64,000 bases of DNA from Felis catus. Lineage: Eukaryota. A program made the translations under genes and the position numbers. This document shows positions 23,330-36,587 of this stretch, one piece after another (position 1 is the first letter of the stretch; each line of letters begins with the position of its first letter). The stretch lies in NCBI RefSeq assembly GCF_018350175.1, contig NC_058368.1, positions 41,170,001-41,234,000 of the forward strand. Reading direction: 5' to 3'. The notes under the pieces are model-generated. The model did not search any database, was not told where the DNA came from, and saw only the letters and a program-made list of their open reading frames with translations.

Positions 23330-24760
23330 TTTACCCAAGCATGACTATCTTGCAAAAGGATATAGGCTCAATCTAACAAAATTTCACTGACCTTACTATT
23401 CTTCATCATTCAGAGGCAGCTGGCATTGGTGAAATGGCCAGACAAAATTAATTTAAGAAAACTATGCAATGAAGTTGCTGTCCCACATGATAGAATATAT
23501 TTTTATTTATTTATTTATTTTAGTTTTTTTCAAGTTTATATTTAAATTCTGGTTAGTTAACACTTAACATACAGTGTAGTATTAGTTTCAGATGTAGCGT
23601 TTAGTGATTCAACACTTACATACAACACCCGGTGCTCATCACAAGTGCACTCCCCCCGTCACCTATTTAACCCATCCACCTGCTCACCTCCATTTTGGTA
23701 ATCATCAGTTTCTTCTCTATAGTTAAGAGTCTATTTCTTGGTTTTTCTCTCTTTTTGCCCCACTGTGTTCATTTGTTTTGTTTCTTAAATTCCACATATG
23801 TGTGAAATAATATTTTATTTGTCTTTCTCTGACTTATTTAGTTTAGCATAATACTCTCTAGCTTTATCCATGTCATTGCTAATGGCAAGATTTCATTCTT
23901 TTTAGTGGCTGAGTAAAAATCCATTGTCTATATATACCACAGTTTCTTTATCCATTCATCAGTTGTTGGACATTTGAACCCTTTCCATAATTTGGCTATT
24001 GTTTATAATGCTGCCATAAACATCAGGGTGCATGTATCCCTTTGAGTCAATGTTTTTGTATCCTTTGGGTAAATACCTAGTAATACTATTATTGGATTAT
24101 AGAGTAGTTACATTTTTAACTTTTTGAGGAACGTCCATGCTGTTTTCCAGAGTGGCTGCACCTGTTTGCATTCCCACCAGCAGTGTCTCATTGCACTTTA
24201 AAATTGTCAACTGACTAAAGGAAATGTTTTTTTGTCCCTACAATCTTGATGGATTGGGAGGTTCTAGTGCCTGAAGGATGAATGCTTCTCTGAGAGAAGT
24301 AAGTCACATTTCTGACAAAATAGAAGTTAAGACCATCATTGGACAATTGGGGGTCTTCATCCACTGAACCTACAGCATAGGAGAAGGTTGTGTATCAACT
24401 GTACTTGGAAAAAAATCGACTGACTGCTTCACAATAGGGACAATGAAGATTTTTTTTCTAACCAATATTACTCACTGAGTTGCATTTTAATTCTTCTTTC
24501 CAATAGTCCTAATAAGCTGCAACTCAGTAAAGATAAGGTCCCCAAGAACTCAAATGATGTGATTTGGTAGGTAAAAGACTGTCCAGCTGAAGTTAAAGGA
24601 AACATAGAGGAGGGAGATGGTGAATATGATCACAATATGAGCCTTATGGCTATAAAACAGACATCTATGGCAAGGTGCTATATGCTAATAAATTATTTCA
24701 TTTATCAACCGCCTCCTGCTACCTAGTATGAAGAACCCTGGAAAGCTAACATTTTAGGTT
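23330..24760 (+). mobile_element. ERV-L integrase plus dUTPase remnant, split by an L1
   Basis: LHHSEAAG (ERV-L HHPEAAG integrase motif) at about 23401; EVLVPEG*ML and downstream dUTPase-like sequence from about 24230. Confidence 0.7.
23500..24185 (-). mobile_element. Older carnivore L1 3' end, 5'-truncated
   Basis: T-rich tail then TACAACACCCGGTGCTCATCACAAG, TGGCAAGATTTCATTCTTTT, TTCCAGAGTGGCTGCACC. Confidence 0.92.
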
Positions 24761-24895
24761 TTTGGAAGGAGCATGATCAAATTAATATCACTTCTGATTA
24801 TGCAATACAGGAAGAGAAACTGTACTGGGAACACAGCATTCCACCTGAAAGGGGTGAAGGGAAGGAGGAGATCTGAGGGTAAAAAGAATGGAGGA

Positions 24896-25325
24896 TGTGG
24901 GATATCTTTCACTTGCCAATACGGATTCACTCTCCATCCTGGTATATCTTGCTCAGTGCCCCAAGATGTTGGCTGTTTAGTGTAGTTCATTTGGCTCCAG
25001 TGCTTCCTTGCTTCCAATTGGTTTAAGCCAATGGGTAACACCCGAAGGCAAGCAGATCAGAGCGTGGGAGGAGGAGGAATTTGCTCTGTTACTACTGTCT
25101 CCATTTTCCCATCTGTGGGTTCACCTTATACAAGCAGAGCCCCTCCATTGAAGGCCATAATACTGCCTGATGACCTTCCCAGCTTTCGCTGTCTTGATTT
25201 CATCAACCACACGTCCTTACCCTTTCTGACCTTGTAGTGGTAAGGGCTCTTCCTCCATTCAACAGTTCCTCACACTGCTAAGGTTGCTGTGGTTTCCCTA
25301 CACTTTGTAAACTTTATTGCTCTGT
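24896..25325 (+). mobile_element. LTR33-like ERV-L 3' LTR preceded by a polypurine tract
   Basis: AAAAAGAATGGAGGA then TGTGG; ATTCACTCTCCATCC..GTGCCCC..CTTCCAATTGGTTTAAGCCAATGGG resembles LTR33. Confidence 0.65.
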
Positions 25326-26184
25326 TTGTCCAACATGCTAGTCTTGCTGGCTTTGGGGTTCTTTCTAAAATGATAAAAATGATTATTGTGATCTCTAAAT
25401 TGACAAAGTTAGGGTCTTTAGGGATTATTTTGTCTTGGCAGCAGTTAATTAGAAAGCTGACAATCTGTAGGACCTCAGTACATACCAAATGGATTTTTAA
25501 AAAATCATACAATTGACAGCATCCTTCTTTAAAAATTCAAAGTGTGGAAAATGCATCTGTGAATTCTATCTTATAACACACTAATTAGTACTAGAAAATA
25601 TGTAGTTTATTTGCATAGGCCAATTATTTTCATATTTATTATAATGCTGTGGAATTTAAACTGATGGTTTATCACAAATTGTATGGAGGAACTGTTTTTG
25701 ACTTGTCAATATTTGAAACATGGAAACCACTGTTACTACCTTGCTAAAGATCCACAAAGAATTAATCAAAGTATTTGTACTTTCATTTTTTCTTTCCACC
25801 TGACATTATATTAATATACCAGAACTTATTGCATGTGTCATTTTATCAAAGATTCTTAATGAGAATCTTTAAAAGAAATAAAAGCAAAATAGAAGTAAAT
25901 GTACTAATTTGTAGGATCAGCAAACATTATTTAAAAATAAAGCCCATCTCTCCTGAAATCAATATTACACTATATGTTAACTAGAATTTAAGTAAAAACT
26001 TGAAACAACATAAAATAAAATAAAACCTATCCAATATCAGATTTTTAAAGTTATAGATATTATCTGTACTTGGGTTGTCTTAATCTCAATCTACTAATTG
26101 CTTAATTATTGTATACATACTTAAGTGTATTTATAAAGAGAAATGAGACAAAAAGATACTGATACATGCTGAAAGAGTATGTTA

Positions 26185-26385
26185 TTTTATGTAAAATGTT
26201 TATTTATTTATGTATTTATGTATTTATTTATGAGAGAGTGAGGGGCAGAGAGAAGGAGACAAAGTATCCGAAGTGGGCTCTGTGCTGACAGCAAGGGCTT
26301 GTTGCAGGGCTTGAACTCACGAATCTAGAGATCATGACCTCAGTTGAAGTTGGATTCTTAACCTACTGAGCCATCCAGGTGCCCC
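26185..26385 (-). mobile_element. Can-SINE
   Basis: TSD GAAAGAGTATGTTA (26171-26184) and GAAAGAGTATTTTA (26386-26399). Confidence 0.93.
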
Positions 26386-29099
26386 GAAAGAGTATTTTAA
26401 AGTCTAGATTTGTTTTTGCCTTTAGTCAAAGCATAGCTCTTTTTGTTGAAAAGTAATCTCCCCTCATATTTTATCCCTTTTAATTTTAAATTTATTTCAG
26501 TGTCATTCCTTCCAAGTTCAATGTTTAATTAAAAGAATTAACTATTAGTGTGTTCTTATTATAGTAATTTGTATGTATGTGTGAATCTTTTAAATTTATA
26601 TATATAGATTCACTTTTAACAGGGTATCTATAATTTCTCATAAATGAGTGTTACTATTTATATTTATATACACATACTCTGGCAATTTTGTTTTTTACCT
26701 GTGCCAAATTTCATGGGATATTTCAGTATCTATGACTGAATATATTTGTTAGGCTAGGAATAAATACGTAGTCGCCAAATATACCTGTTCCCTCTGAGAA
26801 GTACATGGAAGAAGCAATCTACTAGGGTCCTTTTAGTTAGAACTATCACAAGCTTATAAATTTATTTTTCACTTTTCTCCATTATTTCCCCAATGTGTAG
26901 TATATGAAATGTGCTGATCTCACATGAGAAATAGAAAAATCTGGACTGATATAATAAAGACATCTGGTGAAAATATAAATTATTTTATTATTAAGTGGGG
27001 ATATAAAATATACATGAAAAAACATTTTATTATTTGATTTGAAAATAACTTTTTGATGGTGTATATTGTGTAGTTCTTTATAATCTCAAAGGCATTTACT
27101 TAAAAACAAATTCCAGGAATGCCATTCTGGCATATGCAACACAGAAAGCTGATTTCCCAAACAACAGTCTAGCAAAATCCCCCTCAGAAATATCTCTGAA
27201 TAAGAGCAAATTGATGGATGTATAGTTTCCATGCAATTCAAAATCAAATGAATCTGTCATCAAGAATTGGAGGAACTTGGCTGTAATCATTTTTTCTGTT
27301 TATATTATTCTACACTGATAAGTTTTTTCCTCTTTCCTGAATGCCAATTTCTTAGCAAATTATAGAATCAGTTCTCTTGTTTTCCTATTATCTATATTAT
27401 GTGAAAGTGAGGTTAGATAGGTGGCTTTTGATTTTCTAAGTTTTTAGCTATTTCATTCAACTTTTAATTTTGTGCCAAATGGGCCATATTTTTAAAATTT
27501 TTCACCTTTATGCTTGTTGGCTTAACAGTGTACCCTTGCAATTTCAACAGTATCTGGCACATAGTAGACCATCAATACATCTAATGGGTGAGTAAATGAC
27601 ATAATTATGCATAAAACTAATTGTCAAGTCACGTGATGAAATGACTTTTACATCTTGCCCCAAATCTTGCTGTCCAAATCGCAACACTGATATTCCAGGA
27701 ACATAAAATCAAGCTATCATAAAAAATTCTATTATACACCAGAAGATCATTTTTAACAATTTAGTTTTCCCCATATAGTTATTTTGAATTCCTTAAAAAT
27801 TTACATTCTGTTGGTTTTAATCTATTCTCTTCTGGATGAGGGAGAAACTTAAAACAATAAAATGATTATATCATGTTTTATATATAAATTATCAATCTGC
27901 AACTTACTTTGGGACTCAGCTTCATTTCCAAATAACACTGACAAGATATTACCAAGTCAAGAAAAAAATGTCTTAAGTGTGATTGTTATTAATATAGATT
28001 TTGCAAATATGGAATGAAACACTAACTTATTCATTTCAACCCATCCTTTTTTTGTCCATTGTGACTCATCCAAGCCTGGATCTAATTTTGAAATCAATAG
28101 AAAATATATAGATGGAATTTACAGGCATGAGCAAAAACATGAGAGATGCACAGTAAATGTGACCTTTGATCTTGAAGGCTAAACTATGAGAACAAAGACA
28201 ATAGACAAAGTGATTCCACTTCAGAGTATCCTAAATTCATAGACTTAGAAAGAGAAATCTCCTCCAAAGTCTGCATTATGAACAAAATATGCAAAATTTT
28301 GTAACATTTCTGTCTTAAAAAGCATGTTGAACATTTATAGAAAAACAATGAAGATCTAAAATAGATCTCTAACACATGTACAAATGAACAAAATAGCATC
28401 TCAGTTTTTATGCTAACTGCAAAGCATGACAGCATTACCACGGACTCTGAAGAGCAGAGTGACAAAGTCTCCGTTTCCTAAATGCCTTTTTCAGTTGCTT
28501 GTTAAAAAAATATTCCTTCCTCTATCACATTCATGCGTACATCTTTACAACCACAACTCTGCCTCGGGCACTTTGTGGTGTCAGAGGCTACCATCTGGAA
28601 GGTGGTTGTGTATAGTAAATGAGTTTTAACAGAACCAATTGTGTTGGTTTCCTCCAGAGGGACGAACCCCTAACTGCAAAAATTCTTAGTACAACATTGA
28701 ATTTTGCAGGAGAGTCTGCCCTACCTATTTGCTATATACACACTTGCCACCAGCTGTTTTATGCACTCTTGGCTCCCCAGCTGAGACAATTAAGGGAACA
28801 GGATTTGGCATTCTGTATAAATATGAGATAAGACTCTGGAGCTCTTTCCAGGTTGGCAAAGCATGGGGTAAAAAACACGGCTTTGCTCCAGAATAAAGAC
28901 TTTTTAATCTTATAGGCAATGATCGAGGAATGAAAGAGGCAGATGCTAAAAGGATAATGTGGGAAAATATGGAAGCCTGGCCATCAGCAAAATATTGTAA
29001 ATTAAATTAAGTGCATAAGAGTAGCTGCATCCTGCAAAAAGGAAAGGGAACGAAAATGCTAAATGTTTGGGTAGGGGGAGCAGATTGGGATATTTTGCT

Positions 29100-29258
29100 C
29101 TGTGTGATGCTTTTCCTGAACACTGCATCTAGCTAAACATTATCCAGAGTAGCTACATTTCACTCCTGCTTCTAGCATGTACTGGGGTGTTGAGTCTGAA
29201 ACCCTGTAAAGAAAAGAGCATGGGGGGCAGGATTGGGTAAGTGATGAACGAGGTAAGT
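29100..29258 (+). other. Candidate exon ending at tandem 5' splice donors
   Basis: TGG|GTAAGT at 29237 and GAG|GTAAGT at 29253 in non-repetitive sequence; start coordinate is arbitrary. Confidence 0.3.
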
Positions 29259-30042
29259 ATGTACTCTAGAATAGAACCACTGTTCAAGTTACAGAAAAAA
29301 AACAACTTCCTAATTAAATTAAAGTTGTTTGGTGATGTTTTAGCTGTAACGATGTTACCCAGTGAACATTCTCACCTTTATAATTTGTTTTCTACATAGA
29401 AAAGCTATAAATAAATATGACAAATTACTAATTTCTACGTTCATTCGTGTTGACACTGTTGCTTTTTTCTTTACTTTGCTTTAAAATTTCCTATGATCAA
29501 TATGCCGTTTTTTAAATGAAAAAAATACAAAATAAAAAAAATAGGATTTTTCTCTCCCGTCTCCTGTAAAAACAGCTATTGAAACTATTTTAGGTAAGCT
29601 AATAGGTCTGTTTCTTGGGAGAAAAAAATGCATGCATGTGAAGGTGGTTCCAGAAGCTGTATTTCCTACCCTGACTTCTAGCCCAAACACTAGATTCATA
29701 TCCATAATTACTTGGTACCTCAACAAGACACACATCTCAAAACTGAAAAAGCTGAATCAAAAATCTTGATCCTGCCATCACTTAATTTGTATGTTTACCC
29801 ATCTCCGGATTTTGTTGAGGCAATGTTAGCATTCAACTGTTAAAGAAACAGTACCCACTTGTCAAGCCTAAAGTAATTATATTCCCCTTGATACTTCTCT
29901 TTCCCCAACTCTGAAATTTATTTCATCAAAGACTCCCATTTATGCTACCTACAAATATATATGGACACTGCCCATGTCTTTACATATGTTTTTCCATGAT
30001 CCTAGTAAAAGCCACTGTCAACTTCACTGTGATTACTGTAGT

Positions 30043-30578
30043 AAGGAAAAAAGGAAGGAAGAAAGGGAAGGAGGGAAGGTGGGAGGAAGGCAGGAAGGCA
30101 GGGAGGAATGAAGGAAGGGAGAAAGGAAACAAGGTGGGAGGAAGGAAGGAAGGAAGGGAAGGAGGGAAGGTGGGAGGAAGGCAGGAAGGCAGGGAGGAAT
30201 GAAGGAAGGGAGAAAGGAAAGAAGGTGGGAGGAAGGAAGGAAGGAAGGGAAGGAGGGAAGGCGGGAGGAAGGCAGGAAGGCAGGGAGGAATGAAGGAAGG
30301 GAGAAAGGAAAGAAGGTGGGAGGAAGGAAGGAAGGAAGGAAGGGAAGGAGGGAAGGTGGGAGGAAGGCAGGAAGGCAGGGAGGAATGAAGGAAGGGAGAA
30401 AGGAAAGAAGGTGGGAGGAAGGAAGGAAGGAAGGGAAGGAGGGAAGGTGGGAGGAAGGCAGGATGGCAGGCAGGAATGAAGGAAGGGATAAAGGAAAGAA
30501 AGTAGGAAGGAAGGGAGGAAAGAAGGAAGGAAGGAAGGAAGGAAGGAAGGAAGGAAGGAAGGAAGGAAGGAAGGAAGG
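30043..30578. repeat. GGAA-derived minisatellite (five copies of about 91 bp) ending in pure (GGAA)n
   Basis: Marker ATGAAGG at 30108, 30199, 30290, 30385, 30476 (spacing 91, 91, 95, 91). Confidence 0.93.
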
Positions 30579-30915
30579 TGCGAAGATTGAAACTCCTTCC
30601 TCTAGCGTAGAAAGCCTTATGAGGTCTGCCCCCAGCCATATGCCTCATCACTCTTCATCTTACCTCCTATGTTAAATTCACACTGTAGTAGTTTTTCAAA
30701 TATGATAAACTTTTAGCTACTTAAGAGTCTTTTGAAATAGATGTTCTGATTTCCTGGAATATTCTTCCTTCTCTTTCTGTGGTGGATTCTTTAACCTTCA
30801 AATTTCTTCTTAAATGTCATTTCTTTGCCCATGCAATCTAAGAAAATAAAAAATGTCATTATCCCATCACTTACTTTAACTTCCTATACACCACTTAACA
30901 CTATCTCATATATGT

Positions 30916-30963
<48 letters not shown>
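30916..30963. repeat. (CG)n(CA)n microsatellite
   Basis: Directly visible. Confidence 0.95.
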
Positions 30964-32959
30964 AGTTTGTATTCCCTTTTAGCATAGAAACTTTTTAGGA
31001 TCAGAGACTTTAATTGCATTGAGTACAATCAAATTCTGCCCCTTTAGAAGAGTGAGTAGCAAATAATGTTTATTCAGTATAAATTTGTTGGGTAAGTAAA
31101 TGAGTAAGACTGGAGTTTAATTATTCTAATACCTTAAAATTCTATGTAATTTTAATAGCCAAACTGACACTGTTATATTTAATTCTAAGCTTTAATTCAA
31201 AGTAGCCGTATCAGGAATAAGTTTTTTCAATGAGAAAATTATAAAAAATGTACTTATTTTAACAATTCTGCAACTTCTATATTGATGGATTATTTTAAAC
31301 ATATTTTACTTCATTCACCTAACATAAGGTAACCAAATTGTATGGTCATAAATCTAGTATATCAAAATATTTTGATATTTGCTTGAGTATCCATATTATT
31401 AACTTCTTAAAACCTTAGTTTCAAAATTCCAATTGCTTTAATGTTTTTCCTAGCTAATGTGCATCAAGTGTTTTTATAAAAGACATTACACTAGTGCATA
31501 TCTTGCATTTATCAGCATTCTATGCTTTCTCCTAAATAGATTTGCTGGGCTGAAAACAGGCATAAATTAAATAGTAACATGTAGCTATTGTAAAATAAAT
31601 TGTGGCAACCTCATGAAGAATAGATAAATTTAAATGGTAGGACAGAAATACAAGCTACTAGGAAACATCAAAATAATCTAGTCTATCACAATCAGAAATT
31701 GATCATAATATTTTCTTCTAGAAGGTATTTGGTAAACAATAGATGCTATTTTTCCATAATTAACTGTGTTTATCAGCTAAATATAGGCTAACATACTACA
31801 TTTTGTTTCCCTATTCTGTGTATGACCTTGCTCTTTTTCTCAGGACAATGTCAATAACTTGGATTTCATGATATAAAATGAGTGTCAACAGATTATTTTT
31901 ATAAAGTGCTCTCAATGTCCATTGATAAAAAATACATTAGTTCTAAAGATTGTCAACAACTGACCAGCAGTTAAGTGAAATGTTCCCACTGATTCAAATG
32001 AAGCATTTCTGACAATTAGCAGAAAGAAAATGATTTCTTAAGATCTAGTGACAGCATGAAAAGACAAATCCCTTAATGCTGTAAGAAGGCAACAGTGTGC
32101 ATAAAGTGATTTTTTTGATTCTTGTAGTCATTTTGACCTATCTTCATAGACCTTCATAGCTATGCTCTCTAAAAGTGTTCTTACCAATTGTTGTAAAAGA
32201 TAAATTGTATTTTGTGAATTGCTCAAAAAGTAAGCTAGATGGTGCTAAAGAACACCATTCTATTTATTATGTGGGCATATTTACAACATAACTGTTGTTG
32301 GTAAGAATGAACAAAAAGGTTGACACCCATTACATTCACATCCAATTTGGTATTGCATTATAAATTAAACACAAAAGTTTACGAAGAAGACAGACTCAAG
32401 AAGGGGGTGAGATTAAGAGGTAGTCCATATTCATAAGCTTGTATTAAAGTAAACACAACATAACCCATAATCACAAAATAATAATTGTCACTATATAACA
32501 AACCTATGTCAGATTTCTACTGCAGATATGTTACTATTCTTCTGCTAAATCTGTGGTACGTGAATATTCTGATCCTTTTGGGATACCTTTTTTTTTTTTC
32601 TTGCACTTAATATAAAAATTGAGCAGTGGGGTTTAAAGTGATAAACTACAACTGGGATATCCCAAATGTTTAGATATTATCTACAGCTCACCTTGGAATT
32701 GCTTTTAACCCCGTTTATATTTATGTCTGAAGGAAAACTCGTGTTCCATTAAAAGTAACTCATCATTTTCTCAAATTAAAGAGCCCCTTTTGGATTAAAT
32801 CAGCTTCCCTGAGCCTGCCTCACAAGCACCACTTGCCAGTTTGAATGAGTGCTGTAGTCTGAGAAGGGTTCTGAAGAGTAGTTGGCTGCTTGGGCTTTGC
32901 CTTTAGCTTTCCGGGGTTCAGAGATTTTATGCCCAAAAGAAAACTATGGGGTAGCATAA

Positions 32960-33065
32960 TTTTTTTTTCATTTTAGCCATGTTGATAGGCATATAGTGAT
33001 ATCTTGTTGGGGTTTTAATTTTCATTTCCGTGGTGACTATTGATCCTGAACATATTTTTATCACA
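32960..33065 (-). mobile_element. Old L1 fragment
   Basis: TTTTAGCCAT..TAGTGATATCT..GGTTTTAATTTTCATTTCC; antisense translation MKIKTPTRYHY. Confidence 0.7.
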
Positions 33066-34707
33066 CGTTGTCTTGTAACACCAGACACTGATGTAGTGCT
33101 AGATACACTGTACATGTTGCATACATTTCTGTTGAAGTGAATAATAAATCTTACAATCCCTGGACAAAGTGTATTATATTATGCTCACAAGACCATTCAC
33201 AGTGATGTTATACACATCTGAATATGGCTTTGGTTCAGAAGACGCTGGAAATCTTTTAATGGACCAAAAAAGTAACAGCTCATCATCAGAATCAAGATTT
33301 ATAAGACTCTGTGCTATTTTTCAAGTTAGTGGGAAGTTGTTATGTGCTTTTTTTAAGGATATAAGCTGCTAGTGTATGCCATATTCTCGAAGGGGTAAGC
33401 ACTGGCTTTGGGAGAGAGGGATGGGAAATTGAGCAATAAAATATTTCCCTAGAAATAGCCCACGTTCTACCATTGGAGACATGATCCCTATTCTCTTGTG
33501 GGTTTTGTGGTGAAGAATATTAACGATTAAATTAAAGCTCTGGTTACTTAGGATTATCCTTGCTTAAAAATTGCCTGGACTCTTCTGGCAACAGGTATGC
33601 AATAGTGTGCAGTACTTGAAAAATAAGAGATCAAGAGTAAATGCAAGCATAAGCAGATTTTTGAGTTGTGTTGAAATTTTAATCTAATAAAACATTCTTA
33701 TGTAGGATGGTCATGAAATCCCTGTCTTCCCCCCTCCCCGCCACGTCCCACTCTAAATATCACACTTGAGGCTGTTTTTATACTTTTTGTTGTTGTGTTT
33801 CAGTCAATGCAGTTGTAGGAAGTCTTCAGAAATAGAAATTTGTAATTACTTTCTCCAGTCTCTTTCACAGTCCTCTACATGAAAAAACAGATGACTAAAC
33901 TGACAGCATTTCTTACTGTGTTTGAAAGGTAACCAAAGCTTTTTGCAGAAGCAAAATGTGAATGAAACACACACATACACATATACAAGTGAATTGCAAA
34001 GGGCAAGAAATTGAGAGCAGATGGATCAGTTCTGCTAGTAAGACCATAACGAAATCATCTTCTCAGAGTTGAGGCTGTTGTTTTTTCATTCAAAGCATGC
34101 ATCACAGACCATCCCAGAAGTTTAAAATCAAATATACAGATTAAGCTGGGTGAAATGTTAATCATGTAAAGCAAAACCGAAGGATTTAGGTTTCACACAG
34201 CAGTATGCACCGTCTGCATGTTAAATACAGGAAGACAAAATTCCACCAGCTAATTGAAAAATAGATATTGAATAAATTTAACATTAAGGAACATGTAATT
34301 ATAGTGATGCCCCCAAATGCTTGATTTACTTAATGAGAAGCCGTTTAGTAAGATGAACTCTTACAATGGAGTGAATATTATTACAGATCATTTCTGTATC
34401 ATAATTTTCCTTTTATGTCATTCACCTAACAGGACATCTTTAAAAAAATAAACAATGATGGCAGAATTGAGCTGTATTAGTCTTTGTTAAATTTTAAGAA
34501 TATTTAAAACTTAGGTATCCTCAGTCCTCATAGAGTTTAAATGATACAAGCCCTTCTAAGACACTGAATTCTGTAAAAAAAGGAACATAACCATCTTCCA
34601 GAAAGCCAAACAGGCCCAAGTAAACTTCAGCAATGAAACTTAGTTTGGTAATGGCAATGATAAATCAGGAAACTACAGATCATATTAGTTAATTGCTATT
34701 TAGTTTT

Positions 34708-34926
34708 TTTTAAATTTTTTTTTCAACATTTATTTATTTTTGGGACAGAGAGAGACAGAGCATGAACGGGGGAGGGTCAGAGAGAGAGGGAGACACAGAA
34801 TCAGAAACAGGCTCCAGGCTCTGAGCCATCAGCCCAGAGCCTGATGCGGGGCTCGAACTCACGGACCGCGAGATCGTGACCTGGCTGAAGTCGGAGGCTT
34901 AACCGACTGCGCCACCCAGGCTCCCC
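34708..34926 (-). mobile_element. Young feline Can-SINE (SINEC_Fc type)
   Basis: 17-bp TSD AATTGCTATTTAGTTTT (34691-34707) and AATCGCTATTTAGTTTT (34927-34943). Confidence 0.97.
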
Positions 34927-35389
34927 AATCGCTATTTAGTTTTAAACCAAGTGCTGAAAAACAAATAATAGAGCTTCTTATATATTGTTTAAATAGGGTG
35001 AAACTGGTAAGTATATTTCATGTAACAGAAAAATTAATACAGAACACTTCTCCCACCTTAAGGGCATTTCTTTACTAGACAATGGTAGGGAATTTGGTGA
35101 CATTATAAATCAGAGCTTATCTAAATGCATTTAATTCCAACTGCATTCAATAAATACTTCCTTCTAATGTAGAAGCTTTAAAAATCCTTAGCAACTTGTT
35201 AACAATTGAAAAATGTATGAGAAAGCAGTGTTTTGACTTAATTTTGTTCCCTCTACCTAAACCTGCAATTTATTTTATCTATTGAGGGACCTCATGTCAT
35301 TTTCACATGAAAAATATTAAATATTGAATTGACCACCATATTCTAGAAACAACAGTGTATCATTTATAAAATAAACACTTTGATTTGGG

Positions 35390-35896
35390 ACCTGGGAATA
35401 TAATGTCATATCACTCCCTTGCTTAAATTCATTACATAGTAAGTGGACTTTGGAGATGTTAAGATCTTTCATCAGCTGACTGTGAGTGAATCAATAGAGA
35501 GCCTATCTCTGGTTGTGTTTGTGACCTAATCAGGTGAGCCCTCTAAAAGAGACACTAGAGGTAAAAGACAGGTCTCAGCAGTCACTCCTCCTGACCTTGA
35601 CAGAACAAACTCCTGTTGTGGAGAAGACCATGTGGCAGGAAATGATGGGTGATTTCCAGATCACCCACTCAGCCCTGCAACTTCAGGAACCTTGCCAGAA
35701 CCAGTGAACTTGGGAGAGGACTCTGAGCCTCTGATGACATCGCAGCCCTGGCTGCCACCTTTGACTGGAGACTTGCAAAGACCCTGAGTAACAGATCCAG
35801 CCATGTAATGTCCAAGCTTCTGCCCCACAGAATCTGAATCTTGTTTTAAGCCACAAAAATGGTGATATTTTATTACATAGCAAAGATAACTAATAC
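35390..35896 (+). mobile_element. MLT1-type MaLR LTR
   Basis: GACCTAATCAGGTGAGCCCT, CCATGTGGCAGG, terminal TTTTAAGCCAC...TTACATAGCAAAGATAACTAATAC. Confidence 0.8.
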
Positions 35897-36587
35897 CATT
35901 TTCATTAAGAACAAGAAGATATTAATAGACCATTATCATCCTTATCTGAGGGACTTCAAAAGGACATTCGAGCAATAGGTCAGTATTGATGAAAATATAA
36001 ACGCTCTGGGACATTTTGAGAACTGATAATAACATAGAAATAGACATTTACAACTAATTTTTCCTTGGAATTTAAACTGTATTCTTATTGATACCCATAT
36101 GAAATAAGGATCCAGAACATAAGTAAACATGATTTTTCAGTTTGGTGGTCTGTATAGGTTCACTCTAAATTTCTTCTGGTGTATTGGAAAATCCCTAAAT
36201 ATAAACCAAAAACTTACCTTTTGAGTATATACACAAAGCATGAAATACACAGAAGTCAATTCTACTTTCAGAAGCAGGAGAAGGGAAAGCACTCAGCTAC
36301 TCAAGCATTTGTTAATCACCTTTAACTAAATACTTACATATTTGACTGAATAAGGGTAATAAGGAATTTCAAAAACTAGTAGAAAGAAGCTTATAGTATA
36401 AAAACTGAACTGCTGCTTGGCGAAGAAGTACTTTGCTAATCAGTTGAAGTTCTTTTTATTTCTTGTTTTTTCCACTTACTTCATAAATTATTGTATTCAG
36501 TATCACTGAAGAAATAGTACCAGACACTTTGTTTCAGATGATTCATATATAATGAGGACATTCTAATTTATATTTAAAAAACAAAAC

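Larger units (their letters stand above)
29690..31105 (+). mobile_element. L2 LINE 3' region interrupted by a purine minisatellite
   Basis: CATCTCAAAACTGAA, GCCTTATGAGGTCTGCCCC, TTAAATGTCATTTC, terminal ATTTGTTGGGTAAGTAAATGA. Confidence 0.65.

Noticed and set aside
23500..24185. This L1 3' piece as the missing end of the L1 at 11294
   Set aside because: It overlaps the same ORF2 position but has an older-type tail, differs in the overlap, and lies on the wrong side.
27096..27290. Minus-strand 64-aa ORF as a coding exon
   Set aside because: No recognisable domain and only weak splice signals.
29980..30675. 223-aa and 158-aa ORFs
   Set aside because: Translations of the GGAA-derived minisatellite.
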